Part shown: positions 1 to 9,639 of the stretch, one piece after another | How the letters are laid out: each line of letters begins with the position of its first letter | Position numbering within the stretch: the first letter of the stretch is position 1 | Assembly: GCA_049697115.1 (NCBI GenBank) | Contig: JBAVVD010000021.1 | Location: forward strand, 70,409-134,408 | DNA: 64,000 bases | Direction of reading: 5' to 3' | Origin: Candidatus Aminicenantales bacterium | Lineage (GTDB): Bacteria; Acidobacteriota; Aminicenantia; Aminicenantales; UBA4085 | Notes under the pieces: generated by a model | The model's database searches: none | What the model was told of the DNA's origin: nothing | What the model saw: only the letters and a program-made list of their open reading frames with translations | Position numbers and translations under genes: made by a program

Positions 1-2
1 TG

Positions 3-194
3 GCGGGCCTCAGCCCTGAACATCACGACGCGGAGCTGGCAGGCCGCATCTTTAAGAGAGAAATAAAGATGTCCAGAGGTGTGGCGGTGGAAATTGGAGA
101 CTTCGCCCTGAATCCAGACTTGAGGAAACGCAGACTCGAGTTCAAGTTTAATAAGCCGGGTGATTTCAGAAATCGTATAGATTTTGTCCGGTAA
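3..194 (+). CDS. 3' end of an unidentified CDS entering from the left edge (...GVAVEIGDFALNPDLRKRRLEFKFNKPGDFRNRIDFVR*)
   Basis: Frame 3 is open from the window edge to TAA at 192-194. The translation looks protein-like, unlike the S/L/R-rich overlapping minus ORF 23..208. No family recognised. Confidence 0.35.
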   Translation, partial: AGLSPEHHDAELAGRIFKREIKMSRGVAVEIGDFALNPDLRKRRLEFKFNKPGDFRNRIDFVR

Positions 195-204
195 TACCGG
201 GCTT

Positions 205-1008
205 TCAATCTTCAAATTTTTCCTCGAGAATGATTTCCTTCTGAATGGAAAGTGCCTTCCCGCTTTTCTCATCAATCTCAATAAAAACGGCGGAAAGGAA
301 AATCCCATCCTTTTCCGGCTCAAAACGCTGAGGTCTGGCGGTTAAGAATCTGTTCAGGGCCAGATCCTTGCGGATTCCAATGACAGAATTCAGCCCCCCG
401 ACCATGCCCACATCCGTTAAGAAGGCGGTTCCATCAGGGAGAATCCTTTCATCCGCTGTGGGCACATGGGTATGTGTCCCGATCACAGCAGACACTTTCC
501 CGTCCAGATACCAGCCCAATGCCTGCTTTTCAGAAGTCGCTTCCGCATGAAAATCCACGATAACCACGGCCGTCATTTTTTTTAAAGTTTTAAGCGCTTC
601 GTCGGCGCCCCTGAAAGGACAGTCGATCGGCTCCATGAACACCCTCCCTTGAAGGTTTAAAACAGCCAGCGTCCGATCCTGGCTGTCCTTACCGATGAAA
701 ACTCCCTTTCCAGGATTTTGAGGAGGATAGTTGGCCGGACGGAGAAGTCTCGGCTCCTGTTCCAGATACAACAGAGCTTCTTTTTTGTCCCAGATGTGGT
801 TTCCGGATGTCAAGACATTTATTTGGGCCAAGAGTTCTTTTCCGATTTCCTGAGTCATCCCCATTCCTCCGGCCGCGTTCTCGCCGTTGGCAATGACAAA
901 AGAAGGGGAATACTTCTGAACCAGTCTGGGCAGATATCTCTTCAGAGCATTCCTTCCAGGCCGTCCGATGATATCTCCCAGAAAAAGAACTCCAATTTTA
1001 GCGGGCAT
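205..1008 (-). CDS. ymdB: YmdB-like metallophosphoesterase (2',3'-cyclic-nucleotide phosphodiesterase family)
   Basis: N-terminus [19 protein letters not shown], then NGENAAGG and GNHIWD motifs. Sits directly downstream of rny, as in other bacteria. Confidence 0.85.
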   Translation of the reverse strand: MPAKIGVLFLGDIIGRPGRNALKRYLPRLVQKYSPSFVIANGENAAGGMGMTQEIGKELLAQINVLTSGNHIWDKKEALLYLEQEPRLLRPANYPPQNPGKGVFIGKDSQDRTLAVLNLQGRVFMEPIDCPFRGADEALKTLKKMTAVVIVDFHAEATSEKQALGWYLDGKVSAVIGTHTHVPTADERILPDGTAFLTDVGMVGGLNSVIGIRKDLALNRFLTARPQRFEPEKDGIFLSAVFIEIDEKSGKALSIQKEIILEEKFED

Positions 1009-2560
1009 ATGCTATGGCTCTCATTTCACGGATAACAGTCACCTTGATCTGTCCCGGATAATCCAGCTCATTCTTGATCTTCTGGGCAATATCCTTGGCG
1101 ATCAATGTCGCACGATCATCAGAGATCCTCTGGCTCTCGACAATGATCCGGATCTCCCGCCCCGCCTGAAGAGCAAAGGATTTGGAAACTCCTTCAAATG
1201 AGTTGGCAATCGCTTCCAGCTTTTCCAGCCTTTTAATGTACGTCTCCAGGAGCTCACGTCGAGCCCCCGGCCTCGCCGCCGAGAGCGTATCCGCGGCCTG
1301 AACCAGAACCGCTTCAATCGATGGGAAATCGACGTCTCTGTGATGAGAGGCAATGGCCTGGATGACGGCCTCCGCTTCTCCATACTTTCGGGTCAGCTCA
1401 ACGCTCAGCTCTGTATGCGTGCCCTCGATTTCCTTATCAACGGCCTTGCCGATGTCATGGAGCAGTCCGGCTCTCAGGGCAATCTGAGTGTCCAGGCCCA
1501 GCTCCTTGGCCATCAAGGCCGATAAAAAGGCGACCTCTTTAGAATGCTGAAGGACATTCTGGCCATAGCTTGTCCTGTAGCGGAGCTTACCCAGAAGCTT
1601 GACGAGTTCCGAATGAATATTCTGAACGCGCAGCTCAAGAATAACCGTCTCTCCTTCTTGCTTGATCTTCTCCTCGAGTTCCGCTTTCACTGTCTCCACA
1701 ATGTCTTCAATACGGGCCGGATGAATTCTCCCGTCAACCACAAGTTTCTGAATGGCCAGGCGGGCCATTTCTCTGCGGATGGGATCAAAGCTGGAAAGAA
1801 TAACGGCTTCGGGAGTATCGTCGACGATAATATCCACGCCTGTGGCCATTTCCAATGCGCGGATGTTTCGGCCTTCGCGTCCGATGATCCGTCCCTTCAT
1901 GTCTTCGGAGGGCAAGTCCACTACGGAAACCGTTGTTTCCACCACATGTTCAGCCGCCGAACGCTGGATAGCCTGGCTGATGATTTCTTTGGCCATGGCC
2001 TGACTTTTCCCTCTGACTTCTTCCTCAACTTTCCTTACGGCCTGGACGGCTTCAAGTCTGGCCTCATCTTCAATCTTTTTGATCAATAAATTCTTGGCCT
2101 CTTCTTGAGACAAGCCAGAGATTTTCTCCATCTCTTCCATCTCCTTCTTGATGAGCTGATTGTACTTCTCCTCCTGGAAATCAAGCTCTTTTTCTCTCTG
2201 ATAAATTCTTCTTTCTTTCCCTGAGATGTCTCTTTCTTTTCTCTCCAGCCCCTGTATTTTTCGCTCTAAATTCTCTTCCTTGTTGATGAGGCGTCTCTCC
2301 ATCTCATTGATTTTCCTGCGTTTATCCCGCGTCTGCCTCTCGAACTCGGCTTCCTGGCCGAAGAGCTTCTCCTTGGCTTCAAGCGCCGCCTCCCTCATGA
2401 TCTTCTCTGCCTCAGTTTTAGTTTTATTCAGAATCTCCTTGGCTTCTTCATGAGCTCTGAATAGAGATTGGGCTCCTGATCTCTTCTTAAATAAAATAAA
2501 TAGGCCGGCAATGGCTAATAAAACAAGGGCAGTGAGGCCTCCGATAAGAACTGGATTCAC
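998..2560 (-). CDS. rny: Ribonuclease Y
   Basis: N-terminal TM helix, long K/E coiled coil, KH region ([15 protein letters not shown]) and HD domain (LLHDIGKA). GTG start preceded by GGAGGTGA. Confidence 0.95.
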   Translation of the reverse strand: MNPVLIGGLTALVLLAIAGLFILFKKRSGAQSLFRAHEEAKEILNKTKTEAEKIMREAALEAKEKLFGQEAEFERQTRDKRRKINEMERRLINKEENLERKIQGLERKERDISGKERRIYQREKELDFQEEKYNQLIKKEMEEMEKISGLSQEEAKNLLIKKIEDEARLEAVQAVRKVEEEVRGKSQAMAKEIISQAIQRSAAEHVVETTVSVVDLPSEDMKGRIIGREGRNIRALEMATGVDIIVDDTPEAVILSSFDPIRREMARLAIQKLVVDGRIHPARIEDIVETVKAELEEKIKQEGETVILELRVQNIHSELVKLLGKLRYRTSYGQNVLQHSKEVAFLSALMAKELGLDTQIALRAGLLHDIGKAVDKEIEGTHTELSVELTRKYGEAEAVIQAIASHHRDVDFPSIEAVLVQAADTLSAARPGARRELLETYIKRLEKLEAIANSFEGVSKSFALQAGREIRIIVESQRISDDRATLIAKDIAQKIKNELDYPGQIKVTVIREMRAIAYAR

Positions 2561-2674
2561 AGCAAATCACCTCCTTCCTGAGCAAAGACGATGAAAGGAG
2601 ATGTCAGTATGGAGAGTTAGACCTTCGTATTCCCCCGATGTCCATCTATGAACAAGGAAACTGGATTTTCTGTT

Positions 2675-3004
2675 TTAAGAAGTCGTTTTTTCCAGGGCTG
2701 TGTATGTTTTTTCATTTTTCAGGAATTGAATCTCCAGACTTTCAATCTCTCTTTCCATATGGCCAATGGCTTCATTCAGCTGATCTAACTTCCTCTGAGA
2801 TAAGTAATATTCGTCGGCAATATTTAAAGCCGCTAAAACAGCTATCTTGAGTGCATCCGAAGAATTGGATTTCAGGGCAACTTCCTGCATTTTCTGATCA
2901 ACATACGAAGTCAATTGGCCGATATATCTCTCATCTTCTTCGCCTTTGACTCTAATTTTATATTTCCTTCCATATATTTCGATTTCAATGATTCTATCCA
3001 TCAT
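2675..3004 (-). CDS. zapA: Cell division protein ZapA
   Basis: 109 aa. IEIYGRKYKIRV... followed by a LNIADEY-type helix, typical of ZapA. 4-nt overlap with the upstream coiled-coil gene. Confidence 0.75.
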   Translation of the reverse strand: MMDRIIEIEIYGRKYKIRVKGEEDERYIGQLTSYVDQKMQEVALKSNSSDALKIAVLAALNIADEYYLSQRKLDQLNEAIGHMEREIESLEIQFLKNEKTYTALEKTTS

Positions 3005-3261
3005 ATGCCTAATTTATCCATCTGATCGATAAGGGCTTCTATTTTTCCTTTGATGACCTCCCTTTCATTTTCGTATCTTTTTAACTCCTCGTCAAGCTTT
3101 CCCGCTTTTCGATTCAGCTCCTCCATATCCTTCTTCTCGGCTTTCAACTCCTTGATCTGCTGCTTCAGGCGTTCATTCTCTGCAGAAAGCTTATTCATGA
3201 ACTCTATCATGCGAGAAATCTTCGCCTCCAGGATTTTAAATCTTTCCAATTCAGTTGTCAA
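3001..3261 (-). CDS. ZapB-like small coiled-coil protein
   Basis: 86 aa and entirely heptad-like K/E/L-rich. Overlaps pheT stop and zapA start by 4 nt each. Confidence 0.5.
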   Translation of the reverse strand: MTTELERFKILEAKISRMIEFMNKLSAENERLKQQIKELKAEKKDMEELNRKAGKLDEELKRYENEREVIKGKIEALIDQMDKLGI

Positions 3262-5312
3262 TTTTTCCTGCCTCCTTCCCTGAGCTGGATGCCCAGGAGG
3301 GACTTGAGATGGATGATTATTTTTTGCTCTGATTTATCCACATCTTCAGCGAGCAATGTCGCCTTCGGATGGCGATAAATAAAGCGGAGAGAGAGACTCT
3401 TTTTGCCCTTGGGAACGGGTTCTCCTTCGTAATAGTCTATAAGGTCAAATCCCTCTAAATGGGACACAGAAATTTTTTCGATGGCCTTCTTGATATCTTG
3501 GAAGGCCACTGTCCGGTCCACAAGAAAAGAAAGGTCCCGAACAATCGAAGGAAATTTGGGAAGGGGTAAAGACTTAAAAGGTCTGGGCTGTTTGGAGAAA
3601 AGGAGGCTCAGATTCAATTCGGCCGCATAAACCGGCTGTTTCAGCTCATAAAAATTAAGGATTCTTCTGTGGACGAGGCCCAGGCGGCCGACGGTCTCCC
3701 CTTTATACACCATTGATAGGGAATTTCCTTTTTCAAAAAATGGATGCTCGCTTTTCTTGAAGGAGAAGGGCTCATATCTCAAATGGCTCATCAAGGCCTC
3801 CAAAGCTCCCTTGATAGTGTAAAATTGAGTGTCTCTGGGCTTCTCCTGCCAGCAGGGACTTCTCAATGGTCCAGTGGTGGAGAGCCCCAGATGAAGCTCC
3901 TCAGAAGTGCTGTCTTCCTCCCAGAAATAGACATTTCCGATCTCGAAAATATGAATGCCGTCAATCCCCCTGTTCTTATTCCAGACGGTCGTCTCCAGAA
4001 GGCCGGACAAAAGAGCTGTCCGCAGCAGGGAGGCCTTGGAGGAAATGGGATTTCTGATCTCAATGGCCTTTTTGGAGTTTCCCAGAATGACCTCGCGTTC
4101 CGTATCAGAAAAGCTAAAATTGATCACTTCATCAAATCCGTTGTGAAAAAGCACCTGGGACAGCTTCTTAATCTTCTCCCTGTTTGAGGGAAGAGGTTCC
4201 AGAACTTCAATCGGCTGAATATGGGAAGGAATTTTATCATACCCATAAAAGCGGGCGATTTCCTCGATCAGGTCGGCTTCTCTTTCAATGTCCACTCTGA
4301 AGGAAGGAACTTGGACCTGCCATGTGCCTTTTTGGTTCTCTTTCATGATGAAGCCAAGGCTCTCCAAGGTCCCCCGGATAAAATTTTCCTTGACTTCAAT
4401 TCCAAGAAGTTCGGCCACCCGGTGGTGGCGGAGGACGATCTCCTTGCGTTTCTTGGGCTTTGGGTAGATATCAATGGCCTCTTTAGTGGCTTTCCCGCCA
4501 AATTGCGTCAGAAGAGAAGCGGCCATCACGGCCGCCTGGGGAGCAACCATGATATCCGCGCCTCTTTCAAAACGGTAAGAGGCATCCGTTTGAATTCCCA
4601 GAGACTTGCTCGTCCGCCTGATCGAAACAGGATCAAAATAGGCGCTCTCGATAAAAACGTCCTGAGTGGTATCAGAAATGCCCGACCACTCTCCGCCTAT
4701 AATCCCTGCCAGAGCCACCGGTTTATTCTCATCGGCGATGACAAGCATATCCGGGGAAAGTGTCACATCCTCTCCCTCCAGAGTCCTTAAAGTCTCGTTC
4801 TTTTTCGCCCGGCGAACAATGATCCTCTGGCCGGTGACCTTGGCTAAATCAAACGAATGGATCGGCTGGGCTGTGGCATATAAAACATAGTTCGTGACGT
4901 CCACAATATTGCTGATGGGCTTTAAGCCCAGGGCTTCAATCCTTTTCCTCAACCAATCCGGCGAAGGCCCAATTTGGATTCCCTTGACCACCAGACCGCA
5001 GTACCGGGGACAAAGGTCCTCATCCAGGACCTGGATGTCTACGATCTCCGATGTCCTGGTCGGAAGCTCTGTGAGAGACCAACTCTTCTCAAGGAGAGAC
5101 CGACTGAGGGCGGCGGCCAGTTCTCGGGCAATTCCGATATGGCCAAGAGTGTCCGGACGGTTGGCATAGGTACTGATGTCCAGGACGATATCGCCGTCCT
5201 TCTCCTCCCATCCCTCCGGGACCAGCCCGATCATCGTCAATTTCTCGAGTAGCTGTTGGAGAGGGAGATCAACATCCACATAATCTCTGATCCAGTTCAA
5301 ACTAATTTTCAT
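3258..5312 (-). CDS. pheT: Phenylalanine--tRNA ligase beta subunit (short form, no OB-fold tRNA-binding insert)
   Basis: B1 N-terminus [14 protein letters not shown]3/B4, B5, core and C-terminal FDX-ACB-like region. 4-nt overlap with pheS. Confidence 0.93.
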   Translation of the reverse strand: MKISLNWIRDYVDVDLPLQQLLEKLTMIGLVPEGWEEKDGDIVLDISTYANRPDTLGHIGIARELAAALSRSLLEKSWSLTELPTRTSEIVDIQVLDEDLCPRYCGLVVKGIQIGPSPDWLRKRIEALGLKPISNIVDVTNYVLYATAQPIHSFDLAKVTGQRIIVRRAKKNETLRTLEGEDVTLSPDMLVIADENKPVALAGIIGGEWSGISDTTQDVFIESAYFDPVSIRRTSKSLGIQTDASYRFERGADIMVAPQAAVMAASLLTQFGGKATKEAIDIYPKPKKRKEIVLRHHRVAELLGIEVKENFIRGTLESLGFIMKENQKGTWQVQVPSFRVDIEREADLIEEIARFYGYDKIPSHIQPIEVLEPLPSNREKIKKLSQVLFHNGFDEVINFSFSDTEREVILGNSKKAIEIRNPISSKASLLRTALLSGLLETTVWNKNRGIDGIHIFEIGNVYFWEEDSTSEELHLGLSTTGPLRSPCWQEKPRDTQFYTIKGALEALMSHLRYEPFSFKKSEHPFFEKGNSLSMVYKGETVGRLGLVHRRILNFYELKQPVYAAELNLSLLFSKQPRPFKSLPLPKFPSIVRDLSFLVDRTVAFQDIKKAIEKISVSHLEGFDLIDYYEGEPVPKGKKSLSLRFIYRHPKATLLAEDVDKSEQKIIIHLKSLLGIQLREGGRKN

Positions 5313-6358
5313 TTTTGGTGAAACTGCCTGATAAATCTTAAATCATTCTCGAAAAAATACCGAATGTCCGGTATTTGGTAAGAAAACATTGCTGTTCTGT
5401 CAATTCCGATCCCAAAAGCCCATCCCGAATATTTTTCTGGGTCAATATTGACATTTTTAAAGACCTGCGGATCGACCATGCCTGCGCCAAGTATTTCCTT
5501 CCAGCCGGTCCCCCCGCAAATGCGACACGCGGGATTTTTACCTCCACAGGCCAGGCACTCAATATCCACTTCGGCAGAAGGCTCTGTGAATGGAAAAAAG
5601 CTCGGCCGGAATCTGATCCTGATTTTTTCGCCAAATAGCCTCCGAAGAAAATATTCCAGCGTCCCTTTTAAATTGGCAAAAGTGATGCCTTTGTCGACAA
5701 CGAGTCCTTCCACCTGGAAAAACATCGGGAGATGCGTCGCATCCGGGGTCTCTTTCCGATAGACTTTTCCGGGGATGATGATCCGGATGGGAGGCTTTCT
5801 CCGTTCCATGGCTCGAATCTGAACGGGGGAAGTGTGTGTCCGGAGGAGCAAGGTGTCAGAAATATACAAGGTGTCCCAATCATCTCGAGCCGGATGATTG
5901 GGCGGGAAATTCAAGGCCTCAAAATTATAGTAATCGGTCTCAATCTCCGGTCCTTCTTCAATAGAGAAACCTATGGCGGTAAATATATCCTCAATCTCCT
6001 GTTGAAAAAGGCGGATCGGATGAGGCGCTCCCCAGTAACGTCTCTCGCCAGGAAGAGTCAGGTCAACTTCGACTGGACTTTCCTGGGACGGCTTAAATTT
6101 TTTCCCCAGGAGATTGAGCCTCTCCTGGAGAAACTGCTTGAGGTCGTTGATCATCTGGCCGGCATGAGGCCTTTCTTCGGGTTTGAAGGATTTCATTTCC
6201 TCCAGCAACAGCGTCAAATGACCCCGCTTGCGGCTCAGATAGAGATTCCTCAACTCCTGAAGCGACTGGGCGCCCTTTAGGCGGGCAGAATTCTCTTTAA
6301 ATTTTTCTTTATAAGATTCGATTTTCTCTTTGAATTTCTTTAAATCAGGCGACTGCAT
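5309..6358 (-). CDS. pheS: Phenylalanine--tRNA ligase alpha subunit
   Basis: Class II aaRS motifs ([27 protein letters not shown]). Confidence 0.95.
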   Translation of the reverse strand: MQSPDLKKFKEKIESYKEKFKENSARLKGAQSLQELRNLYLSRKRGHLTLLLEEMKSFKPEERPHAGQMINDLKQFLQERLNLLGKKFKPSQESPVEVDLTLPGERRYWGAPHPIRLFQQEIEDIFTAIGFSIEEGPEIETDYYNFEALNFPPNHPARDDWDTLYISDTLLLRTHTSPVQIRAMERRKPPIRIIIPGKVYRKETPDATHLPMFFQVEGLVVDKGITFANLKGTLEYFLRRLFGEKIRIRFRPSFFPFTEPSAEVDIECLACGGKNPACRICGGTGWKEILGAGMVDPQVFKNVNIDPEKYSGWAFGIGIDRTAMFSYQIPDIRYFFENDLRFIRQFHQK

Positions 6359-6701
6359 TTTTTATCTTCTCTGCGATTCGGCCAAATGTCTGAGGAGAAC
6401 GAACAGCCAGGTCTGCGAGAATCTTGCGGTCCAGCTCAATTTTTAATTTTTTCAGCCCCTGGATGAAACGGCTATAGGAAAGACCGTTCAAATTGGCCGC
6501 CGCCTTGATCCGGATAATCCAGAGCTGTTTAAACTCGCGCTTCCGAGCGCGCCGGTCGCGGTAGGCATACAAGAGCGCATGTTCGACAGCTTCCTTGGCT
6601 GTGCGGTAGTTGCGGCTTCTTGCTCCCCAATACCCTCTGGCTTGCGTTAAGATTTTTGACCGTCTCCGTTTCTTTTTGACACCTCTTTTTACTCTTGGCA
6701 T
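6345..6701 (-). CDS. rplT: 50S ribosomal protein L20
   Basis: [14 protein letters not shown]...[19 protein letters not shown] is canonical L20. Confidence 0.95.
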   Translation of the reverse strand: MPRVKRGVKKKRRRSKILTQARGYWGARSRNYRTAKEAVEHALLYAYRDRRARKREFKQLWIIRIKAAANLNGLSYSRFIQGLKKLKIELDRKILADLAVRSPQTFGRIAEKIKNAVA

Positions 6702-6760
6702 CTCAAACTCCTTAAATCCCCCCCCAGGAACCGTTTCCGAAAGAAAACAGCCCTGCTGAA

Positions 6761-6961
6761 TTAAAATTCATAAGGAAGCATGGTTTTTATGGCCGCTCTG
6801 TCAGAAGGGCTGACAACGCCCCTTTTCCCCAGAATTCTCTTCCTTTTTGAGGGCTTTTTTGTGAGAATATGGCTTTTATACGCCTTTTTGTGAGTTATCT
6901 TCTTCTTTGCGGTTATCTTGAATCTCTTTTTGGCTCCCTTGTGGGTTTTTAATTTTGGCAT
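6761..6961 (-). CDS. rpmI: 50S ribosomal protein L35
   Basis: [17 protein letters not shown]...SHILTKK is canonical L35. GGAGG lies 6 nt upstream of the ATG. Confidence 0.9.
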   Translation of the reverse strand: MPKLKTHKGAKKRFKITAKKKITHKKAYKSHILTKKPSKRKRILGKRGVVSPSDRAAIKTMLPYEF

Positions 6962-7514
6962 CTTTTCCTCCTAATTTTGCAGGGACCAGCAGCGTGGATA
7001 TTGCCCACTCCTGTCTGCGCACATTTCCATCTTGGCGCCCCATACCTTGGACATCGTTCAGAACCTTGTCCAGGACCTGTTGTCCCAATTCCGGCTTGGC
7101 TTTCTCTCTTCCCCGGAGCATCACAGTAATTTTAACCTTATTTCCTTCTTCTAAAAATCTCTGGACATGTTTCATCTTAAAATTATAGTCGTGAATACTG
7201 ATCTTCGGCCGGAATTTGATTTCCTTCAAATGAACCTGTTTTTGATGCTTCTTGGCTTCATGGTCTCTTTTGTGTATCTCATAAAGAAATTTTCCGTAGT
7301 CCATAATCCGGCAGACGGGAGGATCTGCCTGGGGGGCAATTTCGACTAAATCCATTCCCTTCTGACGGGCCAAGTCCAGGGCCTCGGAAAAAGAAAGAAT
7401 ACCCACTTGTTTTTTCTCTTCGTCGATGACTCTGATTTCTCGGGCTTGTATCATTTCATTAATCTTGTGTGGTTTTGGTTTTCTTCCAGGGGAGAATGTT
7501 TGTCTTCGAATAAT
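6876..7514 (-). CDS. infC: Translation initiation factor IF-3, ATT start
   Basis: The frame is open upstream of the ORF-track ATG (7454). It reads ATT ATT CGA... = [31 protein letters not shown], matching the conserved IF-3 N-terminus. AGGAGG sits immediately upstream, right after the thrS stop. Confidence 0.85.
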   Translation of the reverse strand: MIRRQTFSPGRKPKPHKINEMIQAREIRVIDEEKKQVGILSFSEALDLARQKGMDLVEIAPQADPPVCRIMDYGKFLYEIHKRDHEAKKHQKQVHLKEIKFRPKISIHDYNFKMKHVQRFLEEGNKVKITVMLRGREKAKPELGQQVLDKVLNDVQGMGRQDGNVRRQEWAISTLLVPAKLGGKDAKIKNPQGSQKEIQDNRKEEDNSQKGV

Positions 7515-7523
7515 TGACCTCCT

Positions 7524-9368
7524 TCACAAATTCACGACTGAGGACTTATTTTCATCCAATTCTCTGACTTTTGCAAGAAATTCTGAGACGCTCATCTGTC
7601 CTTTGTCTCCCTGGCCGTGAATCCTCAAGGACACGCTGTTCTGATCCATCTCTTTATCCCCTACGACAAGGATTAAAGGGACCTTTTGGCTTTCCGCCTC
7701 CCGGATTTTATAGTTGATTTTTTCGCGGCGCAAATCTGTCTGAGACCTCAATTTATTTTCTCTAAAGAGCCGGTCCAGCCGGGCGGCATATTCATGATGC
7801 CTCTCAGAAATCGGGAGGATAATGACCTGAACAGGCGCCAGCCAGACAGGAAAATTTCCATAGTAATGCTCAAGGAGGATGCCAAAAAACCTTTCCAGAG
7901 ATCCCAAGATCGCCCGGTGAATAAGAAAAGGATGATGAAACTTACCGTCTTCTCCAGTGTATGTCAATTCAAACCTTTCTGCCAGGTTGAAATCCAGCTG
8001 GATTGTGGTGCACTGCCAGGACCTCTTCAGAGCATCCTTGATCTTGATATCTATTTTGGGACCGTAAAAAACACCCTCGCCTTCATCCACCTTATACGCA
8101 AGATTCGCCGCCTTCAGCGCTTTCTCCAGAGAAGAAATGGCTTTGTCCCAGTCCTCCGGCTTCCCGACATACTTATCAGGCCGGGTGGAGATGTAGATGT
8201 CGTGATCCTTGAAACCAAAAGTTGTCAGGAGCCGTATGGCCAAAAACAGGACTCTCTTCACCTCATCTTCAAGCTGGTCCTCTCGGCAAAAAATGTGGGC
8301 ATCATCTTGAGTGAATCCTCTCGCTCTCAACAACCCATGCAAAACCCCGCTTCTTTCGTAGCGATAGACCGTTCCCAACTCTGCCCAGCGCAACGGCAGG
8401 TCACGATAGCTGCGCTGGCGGGAATTGTAAACCATAATGTGGAAGGGACAATTCATGGGCTTGATCTCATACTCCAGGCCTTCGCTCTCAATTGGCGGAT
8501 ACATGGCCTCATAGAACTCTGTATGTCCGCTTCTGCGCCAGACATCGAGCTTGGCCAGATGAGGAGAATATAAAAACTCATATCGGTCCTTGACATGTTC
8601 TTCATGCCAGTAGCTTTCAATGGCATAACGCACAGCGGCTCCCTTTGGATGCCAGAGAACCAGGCCTCCTCCCAGCAATTCATTGAAACTGAAAAGGTCA
8701 AGCTCCGGCCCAAGTTTCCGATGATCCCTCTTCTTGGCTTCTTCAAGAAGCCGCAAATATTCTTCCAATTCCTCCTTTTTTAAAAAAGCCGTCCCATAGA
8801 TCCTCTGGAGTTGCTTTCCCTTCTCATCCCCTTTCCAATAAGCCCCTGAGACGGAAAGAAGTTTAAAGTTCTGAAGTTCCCCAGTTGAGGGAACATGGGG
8901 GCCCAGGCAAAAATCAATGAAATCCCCCTGCCTGTAGCAGGTGACTTCCCTATCGCCTTTTTCCTGAATAAGCTCGACCTTAAGTCCCTGTCCCTGTTCC
9001 TGGAACAAACGAATGGCCTCTTCTTTGGAAAGAGTCAATCTCTCAATCGGCAGGTCGCGCTTGGCCAATTCTTTCATCTTCTTCTCAATCGCCTCCAGGT
9101 CATTCACAACGAATGGTTCCTCACGTAAAAAATCATAGTAAAATCCGTTCTCCACGGCAGGTCCGATGCCAATTTGCGTTCCGGGGAAGAGAACAAGGAC
9201 CGCGTGAGCCATAAGATGCGCAGTGCTGTGCCGCAGGATTTCAAGCCTTTCTTCCGAATTGTCGTTGTGCTGTCTTTGTTTTTTACCGTTTTTCATCGTC
9301 CCCGTCCAAATGATAAATTCTCTGTTGTCCTGAGGGATTGGGTGGCTACCCTCAAAGGGAGTGCCCAT
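7524..9368 (-). CDS. thrS: Threonine--tRNA ligase lacking an N-terminal TGS domain (start uncertain: ATG 9368 or ATG 9296)
   Basis: Editing-domain HSTAHLMAHA motif, class II core and anticodon-binding domain. The HxxxH motif occurs at about residue 48, versus about 73 in E. coli. Confidence 0.9.
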   Translation of the reverse strand: MGTPFEGSHPIPQDNREFIIWTGTMKNGKKQRQHNDNSEERLEILRHSTAHLMAHAVLVLFPGTQIGIGPAVENGFYYDFLREEPFVVNDLEAIEKKMKELAKRDLPIERLTLSKEEAIRLFQEQGQGLKVELIQEKGDREVTCYRQGDFIDFCLGPHVPSTGELQNFKLLSVSGAYWKGDEKGKQLQRIYGTAFLKKEELEEYLRLLEEAKKRDHRKLGPELDLFSFNELLGGGLVLWHPKGAAVRYAIESYWHEEHVKDRYEFLYSPHLAKLDVWRRSGHTEFYEAMYPPIESEGLEYEIKPMNCPFHIMVYNSRQRSYRDLPLRWAELGTVYRYERSGVLHGLLRARGFTQDDAHIFCREDQLEDEVKRVLFLAIRLLTTFGFKDHDIYISTRPDKYVGKPEDWDKAISSLEKALKAANLAYKVDEGEGVFYGPKIDIKIKDALKRSWQCTTIQLDFNLAERFELTYTGEDGKFHHPFLIHRAILGSLERFFGILLEHYYGNFPVWLAPVQVIILPISERHHEYAARLDRLFRENKLRSQTDLRREKINYKIREAESQKVPLILVVGDKEMDQNSVSLRIHGQGDKGQMSVSEFLAKVRELDENKSSVVNL

Positions 9369-9394
9369 TCATAAAAAAAGACCCCACTCCTTTG
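9353..9394 (-). promoter_or_regulatory. Hairpin enclosing the annotated thrS start codon
   Basis: In minus sense, CAAAGGAGUG (9394-9385) pairs with CACUCCCUUUG (9363-9353), with one bulge. The 21-nt loop GGGUCUUUUUUUAUGAAUGGG contains ATG 9368. Confidence 0.4.
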
Positions 9395-9494
9395 TTCAGT
9401 CCGCTTCCGCATTAAAATCTATTAAAATTCAGCCTCGTAAGGGTTCCATTCCGCTCTTCTTTCTATCCTTGCGAATGATCTCTCCTTCATAATG

Positions 9495-9568
9495 TGGTAG
9501 GCGCGGAGGGGATCGAACCCACGACCTCTTCCGCGTCAAGGAAGCGCTCTCCCACTGAGCTACGCGCC
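9495..9568 (-). tRNA. tRNA-Val (anticodon GAC), CCA encoded
   Basis: Reverse complement is GGCGCGTAGCTCAGTGGGAGAGCGCTTCCTTGACGCGGAAGAGGTCGTGGGTTCGATCCCCTCCGCGCCTACCA. Cloverleaf arms pair and the anticodon loop is TTGACGC. Confidence 0.9.
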
Positions 9569-9594
9569 TATCTTCTTCAATTTTGAGCGGTTAT

Positions 9595-9623
9595 ATATTA
9601 AAAAATCTCCCTCTGACTGTCAA
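9595..9623 (-). promoter_or_regulatory. Sigma70-type promoter for tRNA-Val (TTGACA-17-TAATAT)
   Basis: In minus sense, TTGACAGTCAGAGGGAGATTTTTTAATAT. The -10 ends 26 nt upstream of the mature tRNA 5' end. Confidence 0.55.
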
Positions 9624-9639
9624 TAGAAAGAATCCTCCA

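Noticed and set aside
23-208. 61-aa minus-strand ORF downstream of ymdB.
   Set aside because: The translation is S/L/R-rich and junk-like with no SD. The opposite strand carries an open frame running in from the window edge with a more protein-like sequence.
9369-9494. T-box leader upstream of thrS. Also considered: an M-box upstream of the MgtE-like gene at 45478-45589.
   Set aside because: There is no T-box consensus (AATTAGGGTGGTACCGCG-like) and no specifier/antiterminator architecture. The MgtE-like upstream region is only about 110 nt, is mostly occupied by a promoter, and is too short for an M-box.
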